64,000 bases of DNA from Octopus vulgaris (GCA_951406725.2 OX597819.1:75020001-75084000), one strand, 5' to 3'; numbered from the stretch's first letter, positions 25,035 through 40,582 are shown. The notes: generated by a model not told the origin, from the letters alone. A program made the numbers and translations.

Positions 25035-25139
<105 letters not shown>

Positions 25140-25152
25140 GTATATATATATA

Positions 25153-26421
25153 CGAGGGACGTTCAATAAGTAATGCCCCTGACCCACTTGCAGTTGTTTG
25201 ATCTAGCTGAAATTTTGCATGTGCACTTATTTATACCTCTATAGATTAAGTAGCGAATTACAGCTCTGAACTAATTGTGGTTTCTGATTTACAGGTGTTT
25301 GAACTGAGTCAAGTGTGAAATGGGGCCTGTTGAGTGTCGAGCAGTGATCTGGTTTTTGTATTTGAAAGGACGCACACCACGGGAGACTTTTGATGAAATG
25401 AAAGTAACTTATGGTGATGATGCCCCATCATATGACCTTGTAAAACGCTGGCATTGTGAATTCAAACATAGTCGGAACTCTGTGGAAACAGCTCCCAGAT
25501 CTGGTCGCCCCCTTCTACCGTTGATGAGACGTCTGTCCGTCAAGTTGAGGCTGCCATTTTGGAAGGTCAACGCATAACTATTCGCCAAATAGCCCATAAG
25601 GTCAAGATTAGTACCGGGTCTGTGGAAACTATCATTCATGAACATTTGCATATGCAAAAGGTGTCTGCCAGATGGATTTCAGGTTGCTCACACCTTTCCA
25701 GAAGCAAGAACGCGTTGAGTGCTCGAGGATGAATTTGGAGATGTGCCAAGAAGATGAGTCAAAATTTTTCAAAAGACTGATCACACAGGATAAAACCTGG
25801 GTCCATCACTATGATCCATAGACCAAAGCCAAGTCAATGCAGTGAAAGCACCGTGACTCACCTCCTCCAAAGAAGGCAAGGGTGCAGCCCTCCACTGACA
25901 AGGTTATGCTCACAGTCTTCTGGGACCAGGACGGAGTAGTGATGACAGATTTCCTGGCAAAGGGTACCACAATTACAGGAGCCTATTATGCTTCACTTTT
26001 GAGGAAATTAAGAGAAGCTATCAAAATCAAGAGGTGGGGCAAGATCAGCAAAGGCATCCTCCTCCTGCAGGACAACGCTCCGGTCCACAACTCGCGTGTC
26101 GCCAGATCAGAAGCACAGGCGTGCAGCTATGAACTCCTCCCCTTGCACCCTCTGATTTTCACCTCTTCCCAGCTATGAAGTTGATTTTGAAAGGAAAGCG
26201 TTTCCCAGATGATGCAGCCTTGATTTCTGAAGTCACGTCGTGGTTGGGGGACCAAGCTGGGGTCTTCTACAAAAACGGTCTCCAGAGCTGTATCAAACGA
26301 TGGGAGAAATGCATAACTCTGGGTAGTTCCTATGTAGGAAAATACTAATAACTGTACCAAGTGTCGTTGCTCTACTGCTATGGGAAATGGGTCAGGGGCA
26401 TTACTTATTGAACGCCCCTCG
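25153..26421 (+). mobile_element. Full-length mariner (irritans-like), transposase pseudogene
   Basis: 34-bp TIRs CGAGGG(A/G)CGTTCAATAAGTAATGCCCCTGACCCA with 1 mismatch, flanked by TA. ORF from 25320 has PRSGRP, TQDKTWVHHYDP, LQDNAPVH, with stops, frameshifts and a deletion in YSPDL. Confidence 0.96.
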
Positions 26422-26457
26422 TACATACATACATACATACATACATACATACATACA

Positions 26458-26490
<33 letters not shown>

Positions 26491-26586
26491 GTGTGTGTGT
26501 ATGTGTATGTATGTGTATATATGTATGTATGCATATATTTATATGTATGTGTGTGTATATATATATATATGTCTGTCTGTATGTAT

Positions 26587-26685
26587 GTCATTATTCAGTT
26601 TTACTTCAAGATTTCTTGTCAATAGAGGAAGAGCCGGTTTCTAACCTAGATTCAAAGCTTCTTCATTAGAATTTCAACATCAACA
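26587..26685 (-). mobile_element. Second copy of the (CATA)n-embedded repeat
   Basis: Reverse complement matches 16672-16773. Confidence 0.7.
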
Positions 26686-27217
26686 GTATGTATGTATATA
26701 TGTATCAATAATACAATGATGTCTGACGAAATAGTTGAGTTATTTTGTTCTACTATGTAATACGTTAAAAAGCAGTCCACTGTGCAAACTATATGTTAAT
26801 TAATCCTTTCTACTGTAGGTACAGGAATATAGTAGAAGAAACTTGGCGAAGATGCTGCGCAGTGGGATTACAAAGCGAGCCTTTTAACCTTCAATAATGC
26901 CTGTATATCGATCGGTGCTAACTTTGGGATAAATGACAACAACCAGAAATATTGATACAGTTTCTCAGTTCGTAAGGAAGATAATTCATCGATTGGATGG
27001 GCTCCAGTCCATGACAGGTAATTCGTCGAACCAAGGAAACAGCCTCAACATAATCTTTCAGCTTGCAAGAAACAGTAACCAAATCTCTTAAATCACACTA
27101 GTTTGAGAAAGGGACACGTTATACATTGTAATCCTTGACACGTTATGCTTGAAGAAAAAAAATGGACTGGATGGTATTCACTGGGACACATTTCATGACA
27201 GGTCTATATGATCAGAT

Positions 27218-27449
27218 GGCGGCGAGCTGGTAGAAACGTTAGCACGCCGGGCGAAACGCGTAGCCGTATTTCGTCTGCCGTTACGTTCTGAATTCAAATT
27301 TCGCCAAGGTCGACTTTGCCTTTCATCCTTTCGGGGTCGATAAATTAAGTACCATTTACGCACTGGGGTCGATATAATCGACTTAATCCGTTTGTCTGTC
27401 CTTGTTTGTCCCCTCTATGTTCAGCCCCTTGTGGGTAGTAAAGAAATAG
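27218..27449 (+). mobile_element. SINE family D, full-length copy
   Basis: GGCGGCGAGCTGGTAGAAACGTTAGCACGCCGG head, B-box-like AATTCAAATT, central GGTCGACTTTGCCTTTCATCCTTTCGGGGTCGATAAA domain (Nin/Meta-type, assignment uncertain), AAAGAAATA end. More than 10 copies in the window. Confidence 0.9.
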
Positions 27450-27982
27450 GTCTATATGATCAGGATCGTTCTGGCGTTTAACAGCAAAGGAAAACCCTGG
27501 CTATGGTAAAGTGAAGGGGTTAAGTTTAGCATGTTTGTTTGTGTGTATTTGCACTATAATCCAATGAGGTACAAATCTCTTTTTATGACATTCCATACAC
27601 TGAAAGTCCTCTGGCGATGGGAAAGTAGCGATATGTTCAGATCTAATCAGCTAGAAGCGAACAAGTCTGCACGTAGAAGACAGGAGTCTTATTCTAAAGT
27701 CAACGTCGCATTTTCCAGTGACAAGAAAATTCTTGTGACTGACCAGCGCTTTTTAGAGAGAGCACAGCACACACCAATTATTGACAACAGAGAAGCACAA
27801 ATAGACAGCAATCATCTGTGAAGATGGCGCAATCACTATTTGCATGTATACCCGACGGTATATTAGGTGTATGCATGTGGTTATGTGTGGATACTGCAAT
27901 GTAATTTCGGAATGTTCCATATTTTCTTTATGTGATATGTTTAAAGTCCTTTCTTCCTGTTAGTTTCATTTCACACACACAT

Positions 27983-28017
<35 letters not shown>

Positions 28018-28371
28018 CACACAAACATACCACACCACACCAGACATGCACACAGACAGACAGACAGTACATAGATGCATACGAGCCTAAGTAGTGCAAT
28101 TTTAGTTCATCTGAAGATACTTAATAACTAAGACGGCACAACCGCTCGACAGGTTGTTGGTGCTGTAGCATATGCTTTTCTGCCCCCTCCTCTCTCTCAT
28201 GTTCTCTCTCTCTCTCTCTCTCGCCCCCCCCCCCTCTCTCTCTATACACACACATACACACACACATGAAATCATATATATATATAGGAATCTATCTATC
28301 TATCTGTCTATCTATCTGTCAATACATACATACATACACATATATATATATTCATATATATATATATACAT

Positions 28372-28514
<143 letters not shown>

Positions 28515-28700
28515 ATTATATTATATGGATATGTATGTGTGTGTATATTGTATGCATAGATATGAATGTAAGTATGTCCATGAGTATATGAATATATGAA
28601 TGTATGTATATTTACATATGTCGGCCTGAGTGCGTGTAATTTTCTACGCACGTTTGTGTTTAAGCATGTTTGTCTGTATGTCTTTGTGTTTGCACTACGT

Positions 28701-28821
<121 letters not shown>

Positions 28822-29079
28822 TGTGTGTTTGTGTGTGTTTGTTTACATGCGTCTATGAGTAGTGATGACGTCAAAAGAAAGTTTGAGTAGTGAGCGATGG
28901 GGAGGATCGGGCATCTTATGATGACGCTAATAGGAGAAGCATGGGGGTGGGTGGGGTGGAGCGGAGGGCGGGAAGGAGGGAGGGAGGGATGTATTGAAAT
29001 GGGAAGAGATGATGGAATGGAAGATATTGAAGAATGCGGAGAAGGAGCAGGAAGAAGAAAGGGAGATAAATGGTAGCCG

Positions 29080-29691
29080 ATAAAAGAAAGGTTGTGGTGG
29101 TTGTTGTTGTTGATAGTGGTGTGGTGTGGTGATGGTGGTGGTGGTGGTGGTGGTGGAGGTGGTAGTGGTAGCGATGGTCTCATGATGGCAGTGGTGACGT
29201 TTTTGGGGTGGTTCGAATGATGTTAGTGGTGGTGATGACGGTGGCATTGGCGGTGATGGTCCCGATGGTGGTGGTGTCTGGGATGATGACGGTAGTGGTG
29301 GTGATGGTGGTGGTGGTGATGGTGGTGATGACGGTAGTGGTGGTGATGGTGGTGGTGGTGATGGTGGTGGTGGTGGTGGTGGTGGTGATGATGGTGATGG
29401 TGGTGGTGGTGATGGTGGTGATGAAGGTGTTGGTGTTGGTTGAGATGATGATTACAGAGATGATGGTGGTGATGGTGGTGGCGACGGTGATGGTTGGGAC
29501 GATGATGACGATGGTGACGGTGGTAGTGGTGTTGGTGGTGTTGATGATTGTGGTGGCGTCAATGGTGGTGATGGTGGTTGTTGGGATAATGATGATGGTG
29601 ATGGTGGTGGTGATGGTTGTTGTTGTGGTGGTAGTGGCCGTCGTCGTCATCGTGTCAGTCCTTGCGGGGGCGGCGACAGTTACGATTATGG

Positions 29692-29746
<55 letters not shown>

Positions 29747-29988
29747 AACGGTGGTAGTGGTGGTGGTGGTGGTGGTGGTAGTCAACTGTTATTCACAGAT
29801 GGTAGTGTCGGATGGTTGCTTGTAAAAAAACTGAATATTGATTGAGACATTAATGCCCCGACCCCACATGTTCCCCCCCTCTCTCTCTCTGCGAGTGTGG
29901 TGGTAGTGATGATGATAGAAGTAGTGATGTTGGTGGTGACCATGACTATGACAACGACGACTTCGACAACAGCGGCGGCGACGACAAC

Positions 29989-30046
<58 letters not shown>

Positions 30047-30518
30047 TTGATGATGATGGCGGTAATAATGACGACGACGACTACGACTACATTGATGTTG
30101 GCTCTGTTCACAATGGTGCAGCTGTCGGAGGATGTCAGTTCTGACATCATAATTTGTATTGATGATGTTGATTGTGGTGGTGGTGGTGGTGGTGGTGGTG
30201 GTGAGGCTGATGTTTATGGTGTCTATGATAACGGTGATTCGATGGTGGCGTTGATGACAGTAATTACAATAGATGAGGGGAGGGAGTTTGCTGGTGGTGG
30301 TGGTGCTGCTGCTGCTGGTGATAGTGGTGGAATATGATGACGATGATGATGATGAGGAGGAGGAGGAGGAGGACAACGATACGGCTGCTGCTGATGATTG
30401 TGGTAGTGATCGTACAAGTGGTGGTGGTGGTGGTGGTGGTGGTGGTGGTGATGATGATGATGATGCTGGCAGTGCTGGAATGTGATGACGACGATCACAA
30501 CGATGATGATGATGATGG

Positions 30519-30564
<46 letters not shown>

Positions 30565-30580
30565 AGTGATGATTATAGTA

Positions 30581-30627
<47 letters not shown>

Positions 30628-31160
30628 AGTGATGATGATGATGATAGTGATGATGATGATAGTAATGATGATGATGATGATGATGACGAGGGTGATAATT
30701 ACCGGTTGTTGTGGTGGTAGTGATGATGATGATGATGAGGAGGAGGAGGAGGAGGAGGAGGAGGAGGATGACGACGAGGGTGATGATTAGCGGTTGTTGT
30801 GGTGGTTGTATCGGTCGTGGTGTTGGTGTTGGTGAGGGTAGATGTTATATGTGCGCGTGTGTGTGTGTGTGTGTGGGGGTGATAGTTGGGGTGGGGGATC
30901 TGTTTGTGGAAGTGGTGGGTGGTTGTATTGTTGCTGATGGTACTGATGATGGTGGTGGCAGTCAAAATAGTGATAGATATGATGGTAGTTGTAGTAGTTG
31001 TGTCGGTGGTGGCGTTGGTGGAAATGATGATGATGATGACGGGGGTAGTTTGTGATAGTGGTTAGATGTAGTGTTATTGTATTAAAGTTCGTAGAGGTGC
31101 CGGTTTTGTTTGCGGTACAGGTGGTGGTAGTGGTGGTGGTGGTGGTGGTTGTGGTAGTGA
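29080..31160. repeat. ~2 kb mosaic trinucleotide field (GGT/GAT/GAG)n
   Basis: Directly visible; source of the poly-V/M/D/T/H ORFs. Confidence 0.92.
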
Positions 31161-31327
31161 AACTTATATTTTGGCGTATTGAGTGTTGGTCTTTGGATAT
31201 TGTACTGTTGATATTTCGCTTTTTTCAGATCTTTGGATATTTTATAACTTTGGCCATGTTCAAGCATGTTTTTATACTCCAAGCTACATTATCCAGCGTG
31301 TTTTTTTTGTGAAGACGTGCAGGTGTC

Positions 31328-31397
<70 letters not shown>

Positions 31398-31499
31398 GAG
31401 AGAGAAAGAGAGAGGGTGAGAGAGAAAGAAATTTGGCTATTATTTCTAGTAGGTAGAGCAACCATGTAGAGACTCTCGCGTTGGCTCGTTCTTCTAGCT

Positions 31500-32196
31500 T
31501 TTATCTTTTATCTTTTACTCTAGTGGTTCCCAAACTTTTTCGGGCTGCTGCCCCCTTGATAACCAGGCCGCATTCTAAGTGGCCCCACCACAACTAACCA
31601 TCACAAACATAGACCCCTTTCTGCAGCAAATTCAAAGCAACTATTTCACAAATAAATCTTAATTTAATGAACCAATTATTTAATACATTTTTACATGAAT
31701 CACTTCTCCATTATCGCCCCGTTTTTCTTCAATGCCCTCTTGGAACTTTCCACCAACCCAGTGGGTAAATACTGCCCACTTTGGGAACCACTGTTTTACT
31801 TGTACCACTTATTAGACTGCTGCTATGCTGGGGCACATCCAGACAAATCGACACCAATATTTATTTTTAAGGCTGGTACTAGGTACTTGGTACTTAATCC
31901 ACTGGGTCCCTTTTTACCGAATGCTAAGTTACGAGGACGTAAACAAACCAACATTGACTGTCAAGCGATGAAGAGGGACAAACACGTATACACACGCACA
32001 CACACACCCGTTTCCAAACTACATGTTTCCGGGTTCAGTCCCACTGCATGACACCTTAACAAGGCAAGTGTCTTCTACTATAGCCTTATGCGCGCGCGAA
32101 CAATTCTTTCCGTTTCCCTCTAACAAATCCATCCACAAGGCTTTACTCGGCGCGGGGGTATAGTAGAAGACACTTGCCCAAGGTGTCATGCAGTGT
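31500..32196 (-). mobile_element. SINE family A, interrupted by a MITE and locally rearranged
   Basis: Tail TTTTATCTTTTATCTTTTACT, body from 31794. A plus-oriented head piece at 32023-32086 faces a minus-oriented piece at 32105-32196. Confidence 0.75.
31521..31793. mobile_element. hAT (Charlie-like) MITE
   Basis: TIRs TAGTGGTTCCCAAA / TTTGGGAACCACTG; 8-bp flanks TTTTACTC / TTTTACTT fit an 8-bp TSD. Confidence 0.88.
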
Positions 32197-33024
32197 CTAG
32201 TATCTCTGTTGTTAAAAAAAATGTCTATCAACTGATCAAATTAGAGTCGCCTCCTTTGTTTCTGTGTTTTGTTGTGGTTGTTGTTTAGATTTTAATCTCC
32301 TATAAAGGGAGAGTCTTTCTACTAACTGCTTAGATAATTTTCATTGAGCGAAGTTTTTCTTATTATATACTGATACCTTAGCATCATAGACTGATGTGAT
32401 CTTGAAGTTGATACAGGTGGTGGGGACGGAGGTGGCGATGGTATTGTTGAAGTTGATAGCAGAGTCGGTACGTGAGTGGTAGAAGTAGTAGTAGTAGTGG
32501 TGATGGTAGCTGTGTTGTTATTAAAGTTTGTAGAGGTGTCTGCATGTAAGTGGTGATGGTGAGGGTGGTAGTATTGAAGCTGGAAGAGGAGGTGTCGCTG
32601 CGCAAGTGGTGCTGGGGGTGGTGTCATGTTTCTTCTTTTAATTTGGTTGAGGTGTCGATTTGTGAGGTATTGATTGTGGTGGTGGTAATGGTGGTGGTGG
32701 TGGTGGTGGTGGTGGTGGTGGTGGTGGTGGTGGTGGTGAAAGTAGTATGGTGGTTATATGAGTTGTGTTATTGTAATCGGTGGCAGTGTTTGTGAAATGT
32801 TGATTTTCGGACTCATAATCAAATGTGTTCAAAGCATGAAACAATCTTTCTTCAGGCATACGTGTGCGAGCCAGCACGTACACATACACACACGTATACG
32901 CACACACATATGCAAACTCAACACACACACATACACACACATATGAAGACATATAGAAGTACATATACTTACATATATATCCAAATATACATACACACCC
33001 ACTCACGCATATATATATATGCAT

Positions 33025-33041
33025 GCATGTATGTATGTATG

Positions 33042-33075
<34 letters not shown>

Positions 33076-33270
33076 TGTATGTATGTATGTATGTATGTAT
33101 GTATGTATGTATGTATGTATGTATGTATGTATGTATGTATGTATGTATGCATGTATGTATGCATGTATGTATGTATGTATGTATGTATGTATGTATGTAT
33201 GTATGTATGTATGTATGTATGTATGTATGTATGTATGTATGTATGTATGTATGTATGTATGTATGTGTGT
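33025..33270. repeat. (TATG)n microsatellite
   Basis: Directly visible. Confidence 0.95.
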
Positions 33271-33401
33271 ATGAATGTATATGTAGTTATATAACTACAT
33301 CTCCCAATCTTATTTAGCACGCTAAAGAACGATTCGAAGAAGATTTTGATTGCTATTTCTAATCGGCTGAGCGACTAATTGGAGGCTCCTGTTCTTTGTA
33401 G

Positions 33402-33471
<70 letters not shown>

Positions 33472-33957
33472 GATGATAATGTGTGTGTGCATGTGCAAAA
33501 TGGTGAGAATCCCAATCAAGTATGTGTGTGCAGTCTCTTGTCTACATGCACGCATACGTGTGTGTATGTGTGTGTGTGTGTACATGTGCGCGCGCGTGTG
33601 GATCTTCCTGTGTATTATCAATCACAAATCGATTAGTGAATAGGAGAGAAAATTATGCTACAAGACAGCAAACATCCCATGCACATATACCTTTTCTTCC
33701 AAACTTCTCACTTCTCTGATTTTCACATACATACATACATACATACATACATAGATACATACATACATACATACATACATACATACATACATACATACAT
33801 ACATACATACATACATACATTCATGCGTTCATACGTACATGGATATACATGAGCACACATTCCCGTGTGCACACATGCACAAACACACGCATACATGTAT
33901 GTATGAATGTGTGTGTGTTTGTGTTTGTGTATGTCTGTGCCTGTGTGAATGTATGTA

Positions 33958-33995
<38 letters not shown>

Positions 33996-34254
33996 TATAT
34001 GCATGCATACATTCACACACACACATTCATACATACATATATGTGTGTGTTTGTGTATGTGTATGTGTATGTGTGCATGTGTGCTCATGTATATCCATGT
34101 ATTCAGCGAAAGAAACCAATAGAATAAGTACTAGGCTTACAAAGAATAAGTCCTGGGGTCGATTTGCTCAACTAAAGGCGGTGCTCCAGCATGGCCGCAG
34201 TCAAATAATTGAAACAAGTAAAAGAAAAATGAAAAGAATACACACCCACACACG

Positions 34255-34313
<59 letters not shown>

Positions 34314-34420
34314 TATTAAATTAGAGACAAAACCACTATTAGGCAAATCAAACAATGAAAAACTTAAGCCAATACATATTGTTTGATTTGCCTAATAGTG
34401 GTTTTGTCTCTAATTTAATA
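34314..34420. repeat. Perfect 43-bp inverted repeat with 21-nt loop
   Basis: TATTAAATTAGAGACAAAACCACTATTAGGCAAATCAAACAAT and its exact reverse complement at 34378-34420. Confidence 0.92.
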
Positions 34421-34500
34421 TAATATAATATTTTACTATAAAATTGGATTCAATCCTAAATCTGATTTTTCCCTGTAAGTTTGGATTTATTCCTAATATT

Positions 34501-34975
<475 letters not shown>

Positions 34976-35105
34976 ACGTATATATATATATATGACCTAA
35001 CTGTCACTTCGTCGGTTACGACAACGGAGGATCAAGTTGATCCAATCAACGGAACACTCTGCTCGTGAAATTAGCGTGCGTGTGGCTCAGCATTCCACTG
35101 ACACA

Positions 35106-37519
35106 GAATTCATACCCAGAGAACTGCGTTCGGTTATCTGAAACTAGCGTGTCAAGGACAACGTATCGCGCAAGCAATTCGTATAAGAATTTTATAGTTG
35201 TCTTTGAGGTTGGTCTAGAGTACTTGCAAACCTCAGGTCACTTAGTACAGCTATCTACTTCGATTAAATAGTGATCGCCGTATACCGGTCCGGCATAGTC
35301 AACGTGTAACCTAGACCATGGGTTCTCCGTTTCTGGTCATGATTGTTATTTTACAGGTGAGGCTTTGGCTGTGAGCGCGTAACCTCGGCACGGTCTCACC
35401 AAGCTTTCGATATCTCGGTCCATAGACTGCTAACAGACATAACTCCTCATGAGAGCCTTCATCCTTGCCATTCCTGGATGTCCGTTGTGAAATTATTGCA
35501 ATACACCTTTTATTAATGTGGTTGGAATCACCACTCTTTGGGCATACATTAGAATATCGTCACAAATTGAAAAACTACTGGCATCTAAATTTTTATTCTG
35601 TTTATTTTTTAAAGTTTCTTTTATTTTTGTAATATACTCCTCACCTACAGCTTTCATTCTTATATCCTGTGCCGTCACTGGTGGTTCTTCGATAACGTTC
35701 GTCATAACACTTTTAATTTCACTTTCTGCCTGCAATGCGGCTATAACAGCCTCTTCTAGTGGTTCCATATTTTTGGGAATTGATCTCGAAAAGCAGTCTG
35801 CATGAACGATTTTTTTCGACGGAATGTATTGCATTTTGAAATTATAATTTAGTAGTATTAGTCGGTAATCCTGTTTTAGACCCATGCAGAAATCCGTGAA
35901 ATTTTTTAACCGCAAAAATAATTACTAGGGCCTCCTTTTCAATTTGACTATATCTCTTCACTGCCGCTATTAACGAGCGGGAAACATGAACCACTGGTTT
36001 CGTACTTCCATCTTCGTATTTATGAAGTAGAACTGCACCTAATCCGTGCGAGGAAGCATCAGACACTACAATGATGTTCACTTCCGGATCGTAATGTGTT
36101 AACGACAGGTCTGGGATTAGAATTTTTTTTTATTTCTTCAAAAGTATTTCGGCATTTAGTGTACCAATTCCACTTTGCTCCTTTTTTAATAAGTCGTTCA
36201 ATGGAGTTCTTAACTTGTGCATATTAGGAATGTAGCTTTGATAATAATTTGCCAACCCAAGAAATGCTTGTAAAGTTGGAATATTTGTCGGCGCAGGCAT
36301 ATTCCTTATTGTATTTGCCCTTAATGGGTCAAGACGTCTACTACTTTTGTCAATTATTTGCCCTAAGTACTTAATTTAGGGTAGAAAGAATTCGCATTTT
36401 TCTTCACTCAAAGTGAACCTCTACAACCATAATACGTTTTGGGGCTTGACACTTTTTAAAATTGTGCTTCCCGGGACGACACATTTGAATTTTTGCAGTC
36501 TTCATCTTGTATTCTTTTCACATCATGTTTAAGATTTACCATAGTCTGACATTCTTCTGTGATAATTTGTAAAGATAAATCCTGGTTTGCTTGCTCCATT
36601 TTCGAGAGAATCCTTGTCCGAATTTCTCTATATTCAGGTGCAATAAGTCCTTGCACGAAGATAAGTGATTTGAGCATATCCTGAGTGAGATCCTGGAGTT
36701 TGAAATTTTCCCACATACGGTTGACTACTCCGACGTAGGTGATAATATCACCCTCCTAAATTTTTGTTAAGTTCCAGCGCTCCATTCTGGTTGAATAATG
36801 AACTTCTATCACAAAAAAAAAAAAAATTATAACAGTTCCATGGTTTCTTGGAAACCAACCTCACTCGACTTTTAGGCAGAATAAAGTTAAAGTAACGTTT
36901 ATGTTCAGCAGGAGCTACCTTGCGTAATAAAAACCTTACTTCTGCTTCTCCACCAATGATATGCACTCGTTGCAAAAATTTCCTCGTAACTTCTATAATA
37001 CGCGGGAAACGTAATACCCTGCTCCGGATGATACATAAATTCAGAAATTGCGTTAGCCACGCCGTCTGGCGTAAACGAGCTTACTGGATTTTCGAACTTC
37101 GCCGATTGTAACTAAATTAATTGTTGTTGTTGTTATATTTGTTTTCGCAACTCTTGTAGTTGTTGCTGTTGCTTATCTTGAAGCTCTACTACTGCTAATA
37201 GGTTTTCCATGACGCAAAAATTGTCAAATAGCCAATGTGAGTTTCGAACTAGATATTATATCCTTGTGGATAAACGAATACCTGCAACAGTGTCATAACA
37301 ATATAATCAAAACAAACGACAGTAACCACAAGGAACGTGACCACAATCTTTTAAGAACCAGCAGACCAACACGCTAACTCGAACTGTAAACTTTGAACTC
37401 CAACTTCGAATTATCAACACACGAACTGTGAAACTAGCACAAACTATTCACTCAGACCGCTACTATTTATATGTAGTGGTCCAAGTTCTTTCTCACCAGA
37501 GGGCGTCATACTCTCGCAC
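35106..37519 (-). mobile_element. Gypsy (Mag-like) LTR retrotransposon remnant: 5' LTR, gag, internally deleted pol
   Basis: Gag FLLRK..EH.RY.NFILPK; RNase H SDASSHGLGAVLLH, YSQIEKEALVIIFAVKKFH; integrase GHPGMARMKALMRSYV, PWSRLHVDYAGP, LVSDNRTQF. Putative LTR TG..CA at 37519-37236 with TATAAATA, followed by TTGGC. Confidence 0.92.
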
Positions 37520-37606
37520 AGCATACACACACACGCGGAGTCGATCTAATAGACTACCCCACCCCCCAAAAAACAAATTCGGGCCTTGTGCCTAGAGTAG
37601 AAAAGA

Positions 37607-37643
<37 letters not shown>

Positions 37644-38457
37644 CAACTTAGGGATAGCGAAGCTAATAACTCGGTTTTAGAATGCATCAAAATAAAGCGT
37701 TAGTCGATGGCAGAGCAGTAATAAGAAATTAAAATGACAAAGGAATAAGAAACTATGTTATGAACTTCATTAGATTACACCTGTTTCTGGTATTAGATGC
37801 AGTGCGTTCAGATCTGAATGCTTGTGCGTCACCTTATAGTTTTCTCGGAGCTTGAGAAATGTAGTGCAAGTTTATTTGAGAAAGGATATACACATAGAAA
37901 AGATAACTGTGGGTGATAGAAATAGTGTTTCTGGGAGTGACTTTTATCAGTTGCCAGCTGTTTTTCTACTCCGTATCTCGAGCAATTCACGACAAGATAC
38001 GTCTTCGAGGAAACAGTTGCCCCTGCAAAGTAAATTAAATCAAATTTGGGATTTTGCGGAGGGTCAAAGTTGGTAACAAAACATGACAGTGAAAACAAAC
38101 AGGATGGGCTGATAAGCCTAAACGAGGTGAGTTGGCGAACGTGGAGGAGCAAGCTCTGACAGGAGACAGATAAGAATGCGTCTTATCCCTGTGGCTGATC
38201 AGAAGGAACGAAAGAAACTCAAGTTAGGAAAAGCAACGCGAGAGCAAAGGAGGAAGAGTGAGGGAGAGAGAGAGGGACAGAAAACGGTGAATGGGGAGAG
38301 CAAAAGAATTAGAGGAAGGATGAGAGAAGAAACAAAAAGGGACAGGGAAAGAGAAAAAGAAAAGATAGAATAAGTGTCGCATCGAAATTATTAAGATAAA
38401 ACTTATTTGGAAATGGATGTGTGGCGTTCAATCATATATTGATATAAATAATATATA

Positions 38458-38943
<486 letters not shown>

Positions 38944-39169
38944 TGCATATATACATACATATATGTGCATACTTGCATATATATGTATATACAAATGCAT
39001 ATACTGGCGCAGGACATCACAGAACGTAAACAACATGAAATACGAGATACGAAAATATGGAATACGAAGTTTTTTTTGGCAAACAACGAAAGAAACAAAT
39101 AGAAAACAAAACATGCAATTATTTACATTATTTATATTTGACGGATATTTGTCCTCATCTTGTTTATTG

Positions 39170-39215
39170 TTATCAACGTTTCGGCTGATATACCCTCCAG
39201 CCTTCATCAGGTGTC
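39170..39215 (-). ncRNA. Type I hammerhead motif (stem I 3' arm damaged)
   Basis: GACAC-CTGATGA-A-GGCTG-loop-CAGCC-GAAAC-GTT-GATAA. Confidence 0.72.
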
Positions 39216-39332
39216 TTGGGGAAATTTCAAACCCGGGTTCTCATTCCTAAGGTATGCCCACGAGCATATGGCGTAGTGGTTAAGAGCGCGGGCTACTAGC
39301 CCCAAGATTCCGAGTTCGACTCCAGGCAGTGA

Positions 39333-39467
<135 letters not shown>

Positions 39468-39524
39468 TACAACAACATCCAAAAATACCTTAGGAATGAG
39501 AACCCAGGTTCGAAATTTCCCCAA

Positions 39525-39570
39525 GACACCTGACGAAGCCTGGAGGGTATATCAGCCGAAACGTTGTGTT
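39525..39570 (+). ncRNA. Type I hammerhead motif (one stem II mismatch)
   Basis: GACAC-CTGACGA-A-GCCTG-GAGGGTATAT-CAGCC-GAAAC-GTT-GTGTT. Stem I GACAC/GTGTT, palindromic ACGT stem III. Confidence 0.75.
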
Positions 39571-39669
39571 AACAACAAACAAGATGAGGACAAATATTCG
39601 TCAAATGTAAATAATGCAAACAACGAACATAATTCCTCGTTTCTTAAATATAGAACTGTAAGACATGCA

Positions 39670-39753
<84 letters not shown>

Positions 39754-40582
39754 ACACACACACAAACATTATTCTTCAACAAAAGTACTATTGACAGTGA
39801 CTTCGAAGTTTCACCCAGTCCGCTGATGGCTTAGCTGTCAATACTATTGTTGAATAATGAATTTGTACTCGGCCAAATGTATTGAGTAATATTCAATTTG
39901 ATGTAAAATTGTTTTTATTATAATATAAAACACAATATGTGTATATATATATATATATATATATGCTACAAACACATACATACATGCATACACATACACA
40001 CACATACACGCACGCACATACACACACATACATACACACATACACATACACAGAAGGAAAATAGTCTTCATCTTAAAGAACTTAGTGCCTTGTGAAAACG
40101 TAGTTACGTACATAACATTCATCAGCATTGAGAATATGAATATATTGATCATAAATATTCATGTTTCGTCTTGTAACTGGTCATAGTTATGAATTAGAAA
40201 AATCATATCGCCATTACACCTTCAAACACATATGCTATTTTGGCTGAGTCAGCCGAAATAGTATGAGGAATATATATTTTATTTTGCTCGAGTCATAACT
40301 TCCTGATTGTCCTGCGCTCCTACAGGTGAAACTCAGAGTGGCAAGAGATTATATAATATGCATTTCTACTATAGTATTTAGTAACCTTTTTTTTCAACAG
40401 TTAACACTGTGTTCGTGCGCGCGTGTGTGAATACAAGGTGGCCCAAAAGTCACGAACCATTGCACATTTTAAAAACAACACTTTATATTTAATCACAAAT
40501 AAAATAACGATGAATACACACGTATATGTACATGATGAACAGCAACAACAACAACAATAATAATAATAATAATAATAATAAT

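Noticed and set aside
32795-32860. Minus-strand CTGAAGA...AGTCCGAAA hammerhead-like motif
   Set aside because: No stem III/NUH or stem I complement; too degenerate to call.
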